In this document: piece by piece, positions 21,039 through 30,776 of the stretch
Layout: the number at the start of each line of letters is the position of its first letter
Numbering within the stretch: the stretch's first letter is position 1
NCBI GenBank assembly: GCA_049521795.1
Contig: JBEKOM010000004.1
Coordinates: forward strand, 59,078 to 123,077
DNA: 64,000 nucleotides
From: Candidatus Bathyarchaeia archaeon
GTDB lineage: Archaea; Thermoproteota; Bathyarchaeia; Bathyarchaeales; Bathycorpusculaceae
Reading direction: 5' to 3'
Program-made: the position numbers and the translations under genes
Notes under the pieces: generated by a model
Told to the model about the DNA's origin: nothing
The model's database searches: none
The model's input: the letters and a program-made list of their open reading frames with translations, nothing else

Positions 21039-21181
21039 ACGGCCACACTGAGAAGGACTTGCCAGATTTTAAATATATGCATTATTGCGTCAAGAACAGA
21101 ATCTGTGCATATGCCAAAAATCCGAGAAGACATATCAGCCTGGAGCGATAAGCTTATGAGCATAGGGTTGTCGTCTAGTTT

Positions 21182-21307
21182 GGGGTTTGCCGGTCATAGG
21201 GCGCGGGTCCCACCTGATCCCATACCGAACTCAGAAGTTAAACCGCGCTCCGTTTCCGGCTGTAATTTGGTCTTCGGCCATGTGAACCCGGAAAAGCTGG
21301 TAACCCC
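21182..21307 (+). rRNA. 5S ribosomal RNA, not linked to 16S/23S
   Basis: Contains CGGTCATAG and CCCATACCGAACTCAGAAGTTAAACCGCGC. Helix I is GGGGTT(T)GCCGG paired with CTGGTAACCCC. Length is 126 nt. Confidence 0.85.
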
Positions 21308-21369
21308 ACTTCAAAACAGTCCACGAATTTGGAGGAAAATTACCCAAAACTTATAACTGAGCATCTATA

Positions 21370-22536
21370 GTGTGTTCGAAAGGTGAGTTCGTGAGCATAA
21401 CGACGGCAATACTAGGCTTACATAGCCGGATCATCCAAGCACAGTTTGGCGACACCAGTGTAACCTGGATTCTGAACGTGCTCTTCTACGTCGTTTTCAT
21501 CGTCTTCATTTTCTATGGGCAGAGGCTTCAGACGTACGTGATGATCAGGGAAGTAGAGGGGTCACTCTACAAACTGAAGTTCATAAAGGAAGAGGGCCGC
21601 AAGATCACGATAGAAACTATAAAAGAGATTGGAAAGTCGCAGACGGACCCAACGGCAAGAGTTGACAGGTTCCTGGAATATTTCACGATATCGCCTCAGT
21701 CCCTTGACCCGGCAGGCATAGTTTGGAAGCTGGAACACATACTGGACGTAAGGGACACACGCTTCAAGGATGAAGTCAAGTTCATGGCTCCATCAGCAGA
21801 CGAAACCCAAGCAAACAACCTGGAGAACACACTTGAGGCAGCGATGGCCCTCAACTTCATTTACAAAGTGATAAGACACTTCTACCTGCTAGGCAAGAAA
21901 ACACTCAGCCTCTACGTCATCATGCAGATACAGATGATCTTGCCGATGATCATGAAAGAAGCAGAAGCCTACGCAAGCGCGTTAAAAGCCTTCGCCTACG
22001 GCCAGCCAATAGGTGACGGAGCAGGCGCACTCGTCGCGGCAAAGCTCATGCATGGGCAAGAGACGAGGAAAATAGCCAAGGACTGCGTTGTCGCATCCGT
22101 TCCCTTCGAAGGACGAACAGCCTTCGTCATAAAGGCTGAAGGGCCCGGAGGAAACGTAGGCAAACCCGGAGACGCGGTGAAACAGGTCATCGACGAAAAC
22201 GAGGGGAAGATCACCATGGTCATCATGATCGATGCTGCTCTGAAGCTTGAAGGAGAAGAACTGGGCGAGTTGGCTGAAGGTGTCGGCGCGGCTATAGGAG
22301 GCCCCGGAGTTGACCAGTACAAGATCGAGGATGCGCTTCTGAAATATCACATTCCCGCAAACGCCATCGTAATAAAAGAAGACATAGGAGACGCTGTTTC
22401 ACCCTTGCGCAAAGAGGTTTTCGATTCGATCGACGGCGTCATAGAAAGGATAAAAGCGGTCGTGTTAGAGAGGACGAAGGAAGGAGACAAAATAGTGATC
22501 TGCGGCGTGGGGAACACCATCGGAATCGGACAGTAG
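21370..22536 (+). CDS. conserved archaeal membrane-anchored protein (DUF1512-like, tentative)
   Basis: 388 aa with an N-terminal TM helix and then a soluble domain. The family name is recalled, not searched. Confidence 0.6.
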   Translation: MCSKGEFVSITTAILGLHSRIIQAQFGDTSVTWILNVLFYVVFIVFIFYGQRLQTYVMIREVEGSLYKLKFIKEEGRKITIETIKEIGKSQTDPTARVDRFLEYFTISPQSLDPAGIVWKLEHILDVRDTRFKDEVKFMAPSADETQANNLENTLEAAMALNFIYKVIRHFYLLGKKTLSLYVIMQIQMILPMIMKEAEAYASALKAFAYGQPIGDGAGALVAAKLMHGQETRKIAKDCVVASVPFEGRTAFVIKAEGPGGNVGKPGDAVKQVIDENEGKITMVIMIDAALKLEGEELGELAEGVGAAIGGPGVDQYKIEDALLKYHIPANAIVIKEDIGDAVSPLRKEVFDSIDGVIERIKAVVLERTKEGDKIVICGVGNTIGIGQ

Positions 22537-22548
22537 GAGACGGACGAA

Positions 22549-22962
22549 ATGACTGAAACTCAAGCGTCAAGCCCGACACCCCGAATAGCGTCCTCTGTGA
22601 TGATAGCCGTGTTCCTAGCCCTTGCACTGTCGTTCGTAGCCCTCATTTACGCGCTGAGCATTCTTGATCAAGACTATGAAACTGCATCGATCTTCCTGAT
22701 AATGGGATTCTTGGGAGTGGCGTTGTCCACGTACGTTTTGTTCCAGACGCGGAGACGACTTTCAAAGCTGAAGATCGTGCCTGCCCCTGTGACGACCACC
22801 ATAGAGTGCAAGAAATGTGGCTTTAAGAACGTCAGAGAGTTCCAGCGAGGAGACTACATTTTCAAAGAAGGCGAACCATGCCAAAAATGCAGTGACAAGA
22901 TGCTGATAACAGCGATCTACAGGGAAGTCAAACAGAAAGAGAAAGAAAAAGTACCTTTCTAG
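22549..22962 (+). CDS. membrane protein with a C-terminal zinc ribbon
   Basis: Two TM helices, then CKKCGF...CQKCSD. Confidence 0.55.
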   Translation: MTETQASSPTPRIASSVMIAVFLALALSFVALIYALSILDQDYETASIFLIMGFLGVALSTYVLFQTRRRLSKLKIVPAPVTTTIECKKCGFKNVREFQRGDYIFKEGEPCQKCSDKMLITAIYREVKQKEKEKVPF

Positions 22963-23903
22963 GTTAACACGGAACAGCCGTCCGCAACGATCAAAACAGT
23001 GTGCTCTGCTTGGGCAACTGTTTTTCCGCTCGCCTCGACGAAAATCGGATACTTCATCAAGGTCTTCGAAGCCAACAGTTCGTCGAAGGCTTCTCTGTAA
23101 TGTTGCTGGGGCACAACATTCTGCAGCCAGCGTTCCGCAAAGGGTAAAGTTCTAAAGTTGTCTTCAATGTACTTTTGAAGTTCTCTCGCGTGAGGGTTTT
23201 TCGTAGACCTCGACCTGAGAAAACGGAAAATCGTGGATTCGTCACCGTTTTCAACTCTGCCCGCAGCGTTTGGAACGGTTACGAAAGGTTCGATGGCATA
23301 AACGCTACCTAACTTGATTTTTGTTGAAAAAAGCTGTGAAACGTTTGGCAACGACGTGCCAGTGTGCACGACGTACCTGCCGACCTGATGACCCGTCAAG
23401 TTTGAAATGGGTTTGAAACCGCGAGACTTGATCGCACGTTCTATCATTGTCCCAAGCTTTGACGTGGACATTCCTAGTTGAATGTTTTCGACGGCAGTCT
23501 TCAAAGCATGTTCTGCCGTTTCCACCAAGCTTTCGTATTCGGGGTCAAAACACACTGTAACCGCGGTGTCAGTCAGGTAGCCGTCGATGTGGGCGCCGAT
23601 GTCCACTTTGACTAAAGATTTCTCGGGGATTCTTCTCTCATCATCCGGGGGAGAAGTGTAATGCGCAGCAACTTCATTCACGGAAACGTTACATGGAAAC
23701 GCTGGCTTTGCTCCCTTCTGCCTTATCAGGCTCTCCGCTTTCTCGCAAATGTCGATGATCGGCATGCCTTCACGTACATAATTCTTCATTTCTTCCCGCG
23801 TCTCGCGCAGAATCTTCCCTGAGAGGCGAAGCTTTTCAAGAACTTCCTTTTCAGATTCGCTCATCAAAGTCACTTTTTCCAGACGTGCGATCTTGCACTT
23901 CAC
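22959..23903 (-). CDS. map: methionine aminopeptidase, type 2 (archaeal)
   Basis: FPCNVSVNEVAAHY, DIGAHIDGY, GHQVGRY..H and EHTVLI metal-ligand pattern. The real start may be the MSESEK Met at 23864. Confidence 0.92.
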   Translation of the reverse strand: MKCKIARLEKVTLMSESEKEVLEKLRLSGKILRETREEMKNYVREGMPIIDICEKAESLIRQKGAKPAFPCNVSVNEVAAHYTSPPDDERRIPEKSLVKVDIGAHIDGYLTDTAVTVCFDPEYESLVETAEHALKTAVENIQLGMSTSKLGTMIERAIKSRGFKPISNLTGHQVGRYVVHTGTSLPNVSQLFSTKIKLGSVYAIEPFVTVPNAAGRVENGDESTIFRFLRSRSTKNPHARELQKYIEDNFRTLPFAERWLQNVVPQQHYREAFDELLASKTLMKYPIFVEASGKTVAQAEHTVLIVADGCSVLT

Positions 23904-25030
23904 CTTTTTATGTGGAATTCTCCGATTATGTCTCTTGCTTTTTCACGCTTCTTCTGATGCCCAACGAGAAACTTGTTGACTCTTTCAGCGAGTTCTTTCT
24001 TGCACTCGCCGCACAGGACTTCGCCAGCCTTGCAGCGTCTCTTCCTTTCTGCAAGTTTCTCGTCATCCTCCTCGTACAGATAGAGGAAATATTGAAAGAC
24101 TGTGCAGACATCAGGGTCGGCGCCCTCTTTTCTTTGTTCAGCGACTGTTCCTTTTCCACCCGTAAATGCCTTCCAGATCTTCTGTTCAACCAGTTCAGGC
24201 GGGTCTGTCGTGAAGATCGCTGTCTCAGGTTCTGAAGCGCTCATCTTCCCACCGACGCCTAATCCTGGCAAGAAACGGTTGTGGATCTGAGCTGGCTTGT
24301 AGTACCCAAGCTTCTGGGCGATGTCTCGCGTGATCCTCCAGAAGGGGTCCTGGTCTATCGCTGCTGGTATAAGAGCGGGGACGTTTTCTCCAGTTAGTTT
24401 CTTGTGTATGAAACAAGGAACCGCTTGGACGGCGGGCCAGAATACCCAGCCGAGGTTTGTGCTGTCCTGAAAACCAAAGGTCGCTCTTGCCGTGGAATAC
24501 GTTATTCGCTTGGCAACTTCCAACGCAATGTCGTAGAGCAAATCGATGTCATCAACATCGTAGATGATGAAAGTGTTCTTCGGTTCAAAGCCCAGCGCAA
24601 CAAGGTCCAAAGCGTTCTCATAACCCAACTTCGTAGTTTCAGACAGGACGAGATCATCGTCGACCACGAACTTCTCATCGTCAGTCATCTGGAAGTAGAG
24701 CCGCGTGCCAAACGCGTCTTGAAGATGCTTCGTGAAAATCCAAGGAACAAGATGTCCAATGTGAACAGGGCCCGAAGGGCCTCTGCCCGTGTACAGCACG
24801 AACTTGACCCCTTTGTCGTACAAGTCAAGAACAACGCCTAGGTCTCTGTGAGAAAAGAACAGTTCCCTGCGCAGCTGAAGATGAACACCGCCAGTGTACT
24901 TGGCAAGTCTTCGCCGAAGCTCTTCGGTTAATGGCTCGGTTCCAAACTCTCGAATCAAACGTTCATAGTCAACCTTGCCCCTCACTTCCCAAGGAGTAAC
25001 GACCATTCCGTTTCTTTCCTCATCAGTCAA
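23900..25030 (-). CDS. trpS: tryptophanyl-tRNA synthetase (archaeal/eukaryotic type)
   Basis: TGRGPSGPVHIGHL (HIGH), MTDDEKF and KMSAS. Confidence 0.92.
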   Translation of the reverse strand: MTDEERNGMVVTPWEVRGKVDYERLIREFGTEPLTEELRRRLAKYTGGVHLQLRRELFFSHRDLGVVLDLYDKGVKFVLYTGRGPSGPVHIGHLVPWIFTKHLQDAFGTRLYFQMTDDEKFVVDDDLVLSETTKLGYENALDLVALGFEPKNTFIIYDVDDIDLLYDIALEVAKRITYSTARATFGFQDSTNLGWVFWPAVQAVPCFIHKKLTGENVPALIPAAIDQDPFWRITRDIAQKLGYYKPAQIHNRFLPGLGVGGKMSASEPETAIFTTDPPELVEQKIWKAFTGGKGTVAEQRKEGADPDVCTVFQYFLYLYEEDDEKLAERKRRCKAGEVLCGECKKELAERVNKFLVGHQKKREKARDIIGEFHIKR

Positions 25031-25298
25031 ACCTGAAGCCGCCCGAATACCTCAGCTCTTTATACAATTCATGGAAAACGTATTAAATCTTGTGTGAACC
25101 GTGGGAACCCACTTGTGCCCGATGCTCGAAAGAATAAGACATAAATATGATTCTTGATTCTCTGGTTGCTGTGAGTTAGTGATGCCCTGCCAATTTCTGT
25201 AAAAGGGCAAATTTCTTCCAGAAAAAAACCATCGGACGACATGCATACTTTTATTAAAAATAGAACAACTACATTACCGACTCCTATTAACGGCACAT

Positions 25299-26825
25299 GT
25301 GAAGGGAACAACGATGGTTGACCTCAGAGAACACGAACAAAGAACACTCTCAACCTTGGCTAAGCTAGGTGGAAAGACATCAGCTGAACAGTTGATAAGC
25401 CAAAGTGGACTGTCCGACGCTGCGGTGATGCGCGCAGCGTTGACCCTGCAGGACAAGAAACTTGTACAGATCAATGAAGAAGAAGAGACAATCATGAGAC
25501 TCAACGCGGAAGGAAAAATATATGCAACAAGCGGACTGCCGGAAAGGCAAGCCATACGCGCCTTAAGCAGACTAGGCGGCAAAGCGCCTCTAGTAGAAGT
25601 CTTTGAAAAAGCTGAGCTTGGGAAGCAGCTTATCCCTATCGCGTTAGGCTGGATTCAAAGAAAGAAATGGGCAACTCTGGACTCGAAAGCAAACACTCTG
25701 CAGTTGCAGGGAAAACAAGAAGAGGAGAACGATGAGAAACTCGTGAAACTTTTGGCTGAACGGAAAGAAGCCAGAGTTGAAGACTTGAGTCCTGACCTTC
25801 AAGAAGCTTTTCCACTTCTGAAGAGAAGAAAGATCCTTGATGTTGAAGAGAAGACGAAGAGAATAATCGAATTGACAGAAGCTGGCAATGCTTTAGTCAG
25901 AAGAGGATTGAAAGCCGCTGCTGAAGTTACGCAGCTCACCCCTCAACTCATAATTACCGGTAAATGGCGGAAGGTAAGCCTTCAAAAGTACAACATACAA
26001 GCCCCAGTTGCAAAGACGTGGCCAGGCAAAAAGCATCCCTATCTCCAGTTCATCGACAGCGTGAAAGAGAAACTCATCAACTTAGGATTTGAAGAGATGA
26101 CTGGCACGAGCGTCGAAACGTCCTTCTTCAACTTCGATGCTCTGTACATGCCTCAGGACCATCCGGCCCGCGAGATCATGGACATATACCTCGTGAAGTC
26201 TCCAAAGTACGGCAGCATAGGCGCTTCGAAGCGTGTCCTTCAAAACGTTAAGCAAACTCATGAGAACGGCTGGAAAACGGGCTCAACCGGATGGCGGTAC
26301 AATTACTCCGTCAAAGATGCAAAACGTCTGATCCTGCGAGGTCACGGAACCTGCCTCAGCGCCAGAACCCTTCTGAGCAAAGACCTGCACATCCCAGGCA
26401 GGTATTTCTCGATCGCCCGCTGCTACAGACCAGACGTGCTTGACCAAACTCATCTCACCGAGTTCAACCAGGTTGAAGGAATCGTCGTTGACGAGAACCT
26501 GAACCTCAGAGACCTCTTGGGAATTCTGCTGGCTTTCGCCACTGAAATAGCCGAGGCTGACAAAGTCAGGCTGAAGCCGGATTATTACCCGTTCACCGAG
26601 CCCAGCGTGGAACTCAGCGCCTACAAGAAAGGATACGGATGGATCGAGTTCGGAGGCTCAGGCATCTTCAGGCCCGAAGTCACCCTGCCCCTGGGCATCA
26701 AGGTTCCTGTCATCGCGTGGGGCTTAGGCATAGACCGTTTGTTCATGATGAAGGCTGGAATAGACGACATACGAAGCATCTTCTCTAATGATCTACTATG
26801 GTTGAGGACTAAGGAGGTCGCGTAG
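25299..26825 (+). CDS. pheS: phenylalanyl-tRNA synthetase alpha subunit
   Basis: N-terminal winged-helix repeats, then the class-II core (HPAREIMD, RCYRPD, FTEPS, GSGIFRPEV, AWGLGIDR). Confidence 0.95.
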   Translation: MKGTTMVDLREHEQRTLSTLAKLGGKTSAEQLISQSGLSDAAVMRAALTLQDKKLVQINEEEETIMRLNAEGKIYATSGLPERQAIRALSRLGGKAPLVEVFEKAELGKQLIPIALGWIQRKKWATLDSKANTLQLQGKQEEENDEKLVKLLAERKEARVEDLSPDLQEAFPLLKRRKILDVEEKTKRIIELTEAGNALVRRGLKAAAEVTQLTPQLIITGKWRKVSLQKYNIQAPVAKTWPGKKHPYLQFIDSVKEKLINLGFEEMTGTSVETSFFNFDALYMPQDHPAREIMDIYLVKSPKYGSIGASKRVLQNVKQTHENGWKTGSTGWRYNYSVKDAKRLILRGHGTCLSARTLLSKDLHIPGRYFSIARCYRPDVLDQTHLTEFNQVEGIVVDENLNLRDLLGILLAFATEIAEADKVRLKPDYYPFTEPSVELSAYKKGYGWIEFGGSGIFRPEVTLPLGIKVPVIAWGLGIDRLFMMKAGIDDIRSIFSNDLLWLRTKEVA

Positions 26826-26826
26826 C

Positions 26827-28521
26827 ATGCCAACCATAGACGTCGACTACGCAGAATTCGAGAAACTGCTGGGGACAGAGCTGCACAAAGACCCTGAAAA
26901 AATCGATAAAGTCCTAGCCTTAGCCAAGTGCGAAATGAAACTTTTCGATGAAAACACCGGCGCGATGACCATTGAGTTCAAGGACACAAACCGAGCAGAT
27001 CTCTGGAGCATTGAAGGATTAGTCAGGACTCTGCGCCTGCTCTTAGGACTGGACAGAGGCTTGAAGCGGTACAAGACAGTTAAAGAATTGGCTGAGGTGT
27101 ACGTTGACAAGAGACTAGCCAATATCAGACCGTACATAGGCTGTTCCATAATCAAGAACCTCAAATTGACGGACCCGATGATTCGAGCGGTGATGCAGCT
27201 TCAGGACAAGCTAGACCACACGTACGGGAGAAACAGACGCCGAACGTCCATCGGCCTGTACAACTTTGACCTCATGACCCCTCCTTTCAGCTACACCGTT
27301 GTCAAGCCTACAGAAGTCAGTTTTGTGCCGCTTGGCTTTGAGAAAGAGATGAATCTGAGGGAGATTCTGAAGCACCACCCTAAAGGGTTAGAGTACGGTT
27401 CAACCGTAGCGGGAAACAGCGTCTACCCGATACTTCTTGACAGTGAGAAGAGGGTACTATCATTCCCACCGATCATAAACTCAAACGACCTTGGGAGAGT
27501 GACCGAGGACACTAGGAACGTTCTGGTCGAAGTCACGGGCACAGTTCATGAAACCGTGCTCAACACACTCAAGATAGTAACCTTGTCGCTGATTGACAGA
27601 GGAGGAAAGGCTTACTCCACCATGGTTCATTATCCGGATGACAGTTTGACGGTGGTGACGCCGAGTTTTGAAACGGGGCAGATGGACCTTGACGTTGGAT
27701 ACGCAAACAAAGTATTAGGCCTTCAGCTGAAACCCCGACAGATCGGTAAACTGCTTGAGAAAGCCGGCTTCGGAGTTGCAAAACTCGAAAGGGACAAGAT
27801 AACCGTGGAAATCCCTTGCTACCGAATTGACATAATGCACCCGATAGACCTGATTGAAGATGTTGCCATAGCCTATGGATATGATAATATCAAACCGTTC
27901 TGGCGCAAGCTGTCGACGAGAGGCGGCGCCAAGCCGTGGCAAGCCTTTCTTGACGTTGCCAGAGAGCTAATGGTAGGGCTCGGCTTCCAAGAAGTTCTCA
28001 CGTTCAACATGACAAACCCAGAAAACCTGTTCACTAAAATGAACATCAAAAAACAGAGAATAGTGGAGCTGGCAAACCCGAAGGTTCAGACGTTGACGTG
28101 TCTCAGAAACTGGATGCTGCCGAGCCTACTGGAGTTCTTGAGCCACAACCTTCACATTGAATATCCCCAGAAAGTGTTTGAACTCGGCACGGTCACGGTT
28201 TTGGATGAGAAGTCAGAGACACGAACGAGAGACGTGCACACTCTTGCAACGGTCATCTCCCACGCAAACGCAAGCTTCACAGAAGTAAAGTCGGCTCTGG
28301 ACGCGCTTCTCATGAACCTAGGTGTCCAATGGCAGATAAAAGAGGCAGAGCATCCAAGCTTCATAGAAGGAAGAGTGGGCACAGTCATCGCCAACAGAAC
28401 AGAAGTCGGAATACTGGGCGAAATCCATCCGAAAGTTCTGGAAACGTGGGCGCTTGAAAATCCCGTCGCTGGCTTCGAACTTAACATCGATAGCATAAGC
28501 AGAATAAGACATGAACACTGA
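26827..28521 (+). CDS. pheT: phenylalanyl-tRNA synthetase beta subunit (archaeal type)
   Basis: Starts 2 bp after the pheS stop. B3/4 and B5 domain pattern (DLWSIEG, IINSNDLG, DLIEDVAIAYGY). Confidence 0.95.
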   Translation: MPTIDVDYAEFEKLLGTELHKDPEKIDKVLALAKCEMKLFDENTGAMTIEFKDTNRADLWSIEGLVRTLRLLLGLDRGLKRYKTVKELAEVYVDKRLANIRPYIGCSIIKNLKLTDPMIRAVMQLQDKLDHTYGRNRRRTSIGLYNFDLMTPPFSYTVVKPTEVSFVPLGFEKEMNLREILKHHPKGLEYGSTVAGNSVYPILLDSEKRVLSFPPIINSNDLGRVTEDTRNVLVEVTGTVHETVLNTLKIVTLSLIDRGGKAYSTMVHYPDDSLTVVTPSFETGQMDLDVGYANKVLGLQLKPRQIGKLLEKAGFGVAKLERDKITVEIPCYRIDIMHPIDLIEDVAIAYGYDNIKPFWRKLSTRGGAKPWQAFLDVARELMVGLGFQEVLTFNMTNPENLFTKMNIKKQRIVELANPKVQTLTCLRNWMLPSLLEFLSHNLHIEYPQKVFELGTVTVLDEKSETRTRDVHTLATVISHANASFTEVKSALDALLMNLGVQWQIKEAEHPSFIEGRVGTVIANRTEVGILGEIHPKVLETWALENPVAGFELNIDSISRIRHEH

Positions 28522-29113
28522 GGCAAGAACAATAACCTTTAACTTTCCTAACACGCCTATTTCTGGTTGGCGATGACGCAGTTGAGCCATTCCTAATCCC
28601 GTCGACAAATCCACGCAGACGGACCCAACAGAAGAGAGCAAGCTGTGTGCTTGCCTATTCTTATGACGACGGGTTTACCCAAACGTGGGACACGACGGGC
28701 GCGGGCAAAATTCCCTCGACGGAGAGAGCTTAGCTTAGAGGAGCGCATCGCCCCACAATGAAGTTAAGTGTTAGGTTACGTGGGAGACACGTGCCCGCGA
28801 CAAAACAACCTTCACAAACGTTTCCAAGCCATGTTTAAAACAGGTTCGAGCACGCCGCCCACACTCAGATCACATTGAGACACAGTTCAAACATGAGTTC
28901 GTGATAGCAGATTTTGATGAACCAACGCCATCAAAGAAGGCCATTGAGGAACACTACAGAGAATTCGATGACGAACAAAAGTGCGTCCCAAGGTTTCTAT
29001 CTATATGTGGCAAGATAAGATAGACATCGAGCTCAAACCGTAGCGTTGCGTCGGAAGCAACTCTTAAGTTTCACTCGCACATAGAAGCTAGGAAGAAAAC
29101 CGCATAGGTAAGG

Positions 29114-30208
29114 TTGAACTTGGACATCGAGACGAAGATGGAACTTGTCTGCAGACCTCCGACTGAAGAGGTCTTAACACCTGAAGACTTGAGGCACCTT
29201 CTGCAAACAGAGGAGCATCCGATAGCCTACAATGGATGGGAACCATCCGGCCTGGTCCACCTCGGAACGGGCTTGATCTGTGTCTACAAGATTAAGGACT
29301 TCATAGAGGCTGGAATACGTTACAAGGCGTACCTCTCCACGTGGCACGCATGGCTGAACAACAAGATGGGCGGAGACCTCAAACTCATCAGAAAAGCAGC
29401 AGAACTCTTCAAGCACTCGTGGATAGCCCTAGGCGTGCCGCCGGAAAAGGTTGAATTCATCTACTCAGACGAACTGTACGACGACGTAGACTATTGGGCT
29501 AAAGTAGTCATGGTTGCAAAGAACTTGTCCATAGCCAGGGTGACCAGGACACTGGAGATTGCAGGAAGAAAAGAATCAGAAGCAAGACGCGTCTCAGACT
29601 ACATGTACACACCGATGCAGGTTGCCGACATATTCCACATGGAAGTGAAGATATGTCAGTTAGGCATGGACCAGCGAAAAGCGAACGTCGTCGCGAGAGA
29701 ACTGGGCGAACGCCTCGGATTCTGGAAGCCAGTGTGCGTGCACCACAGCTACCTTCAAGGGCTTGTGAAACCTCCTCTCTGGCCCATCCCGAAAGAAAAG
29801 GAGAGAGAGATCCTGTCATCGATAAAAATGTCAAAGAGCAGGCCTGAAACTTGCATTTTCATCTACGACTCGCCTGAAGAGATAAAGAAAAAGATTTCAA
29901 TGGCCTTCTGCCCGGAAAAAGCCGTCGAGTATAATCCGATACTGGAGATCTGCAAGTACATAATCTTCAAAGAAGAGAAGACATTCACGATAGACAGGCC
30001 TGCCAAGTACGGAGGAAGAGTCGAGTTCCACAGTTTCCGAGAGCTTGCAAATTCCTACGCGAGCGGAAGCCTGCACCCGCAAGACCTCAAAAATTCCGTG
30101 GCTGCAGATCTCGCGGAAATCCTTGCACCAGTAAGGAGGTACTTCGAAGGTAATAGAGAAGCAACTGAGTGCCTTAACCTCGTGAGAAAAGCTGACGTTA
30201 CAAGGTAG
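29114..30208 (+). CDS. tyrS: tyrosyl-tRNA synthetase (long archaeal form)
   Basis: AYNGWEPSGLVHLG, WHAWLNNK and KMSKS. An ATG at 29138 (MELVC...) is an alternative start. Confidence 0.9.
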   Translation: MNLDIETKMELVCRPPTEEVLTPEDLRHLLQTEEHPIAYNGWEPSGLVHLGTGLICVYKIKDFIEAGIRYKAYLSTWHAWLNNKMGGDLKLIRKAAELFKHSWIALGVPPEKVEFIYSDELYDDVDYWAKVVMVAKNLSIARVTRTLEIAGRKESEARRVSDYMYTPMQVADIFHMEVKICQLGMDQRKANVVARELGERLGFWKPVCVHHSYLQGLVKPPLWPIPKEKEREILSSIKMSKSRPETCIFIYDSPEEIKKKISMAFCPEKAVEYNPILEICKYIIFKEEKTFTIDRPAKYGGRVEFHSFRELANSYASGSLHPQDLKNSVAADLAEILAPVRRYFEGNREATECLNLVRKADVTR

Positions 30209-30213
30209 AAGCG

Positions 30214-30633
30214 TTGTCCAAGCATCTGAAAGAGAGAGAAGAGAGAATTCAGCAAGTACTAGCGTGTCTGATAGAAGAATCGGCAAAAGGAATTCTCATA
30301 ATCGTAGAAGGAAAGAATGACGTTCAAACGCTGAGACAACTGGGCGTTGGGGGAGAGATAATATCCGCAAAGACAGGCGGAAGGACACGACTGGATGTCA
30401 TCTGTGAAGTGGAGGAAAGCGGGGCCAAGGAAGTGATTATGCTGCTGGACTTTGATCGGCGCGGCAAAGAATGGACAAGAGTGCTCAAGCAACACTTGGA
30501 AAAGGCGAAGATAAAACCCAACCTCACATTTTGGAATGAACTCATGCGGTTCGCAGGCAGAGAGGTCAAGGATGTTGAAGGCCTAGCCTCCTACATTCGA
30601 ACGTTGAAGAAGAAAGCTGGCGAAATACCGTAA
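30214..30633 (+). CDS. small Toprim-domain protein
   Basis: ILIIVEGKNDVQTL ... IMLLDFDRRG (Toprim E and DxD motifs). Confidence 0.75.
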   Translation: MSKHLKEREERIQQVLACLIEESAKGILIIVEGKNDVQTLRQLGVGGEIISAKTGGRTRLDVICEVEESGAKEVIMLLDFDRRGKEWTRVLKQHLEKAKIKPNLTFWNELMRFAGREVKDVEGLASYIRTLKKKAGEIP

Positions 30634-30701
30634 GAATGAGAAAAGCTTAAAGAGTGTGATTTCTAATTCATAAGTGTAATATATAGTGGATGTTAAGACA
30701 A

Positions 30702-30742
30702 GATCTCGTGGTTGAGAAGGAAAATTCTCAATCCACGTGATC
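30702..30742 (+). promoter_or_regulatory. imperfect 41-nt hairpin in the presumed dnaG leader
   Basis: GATCTCGTGGTTGAGAA-GGAAAA-TTCTCAATCCACGTGATC. It lies between a TATA-like GTAATATATAG (about 30677-30687) and the GGAGGTG at 30766-30772. Confidence 0.35.
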
Positions 30743-30776
30743 AACTAACCATTAACTCATCATTAGGAGGTGCACG

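Noticed and set aside
20832-21356. 174-aa ORF on the + strand
   Set aside because: It is read antisense through the tRNA gene and then straight through the 5S rRNA, so the RNA genes explain the interval.
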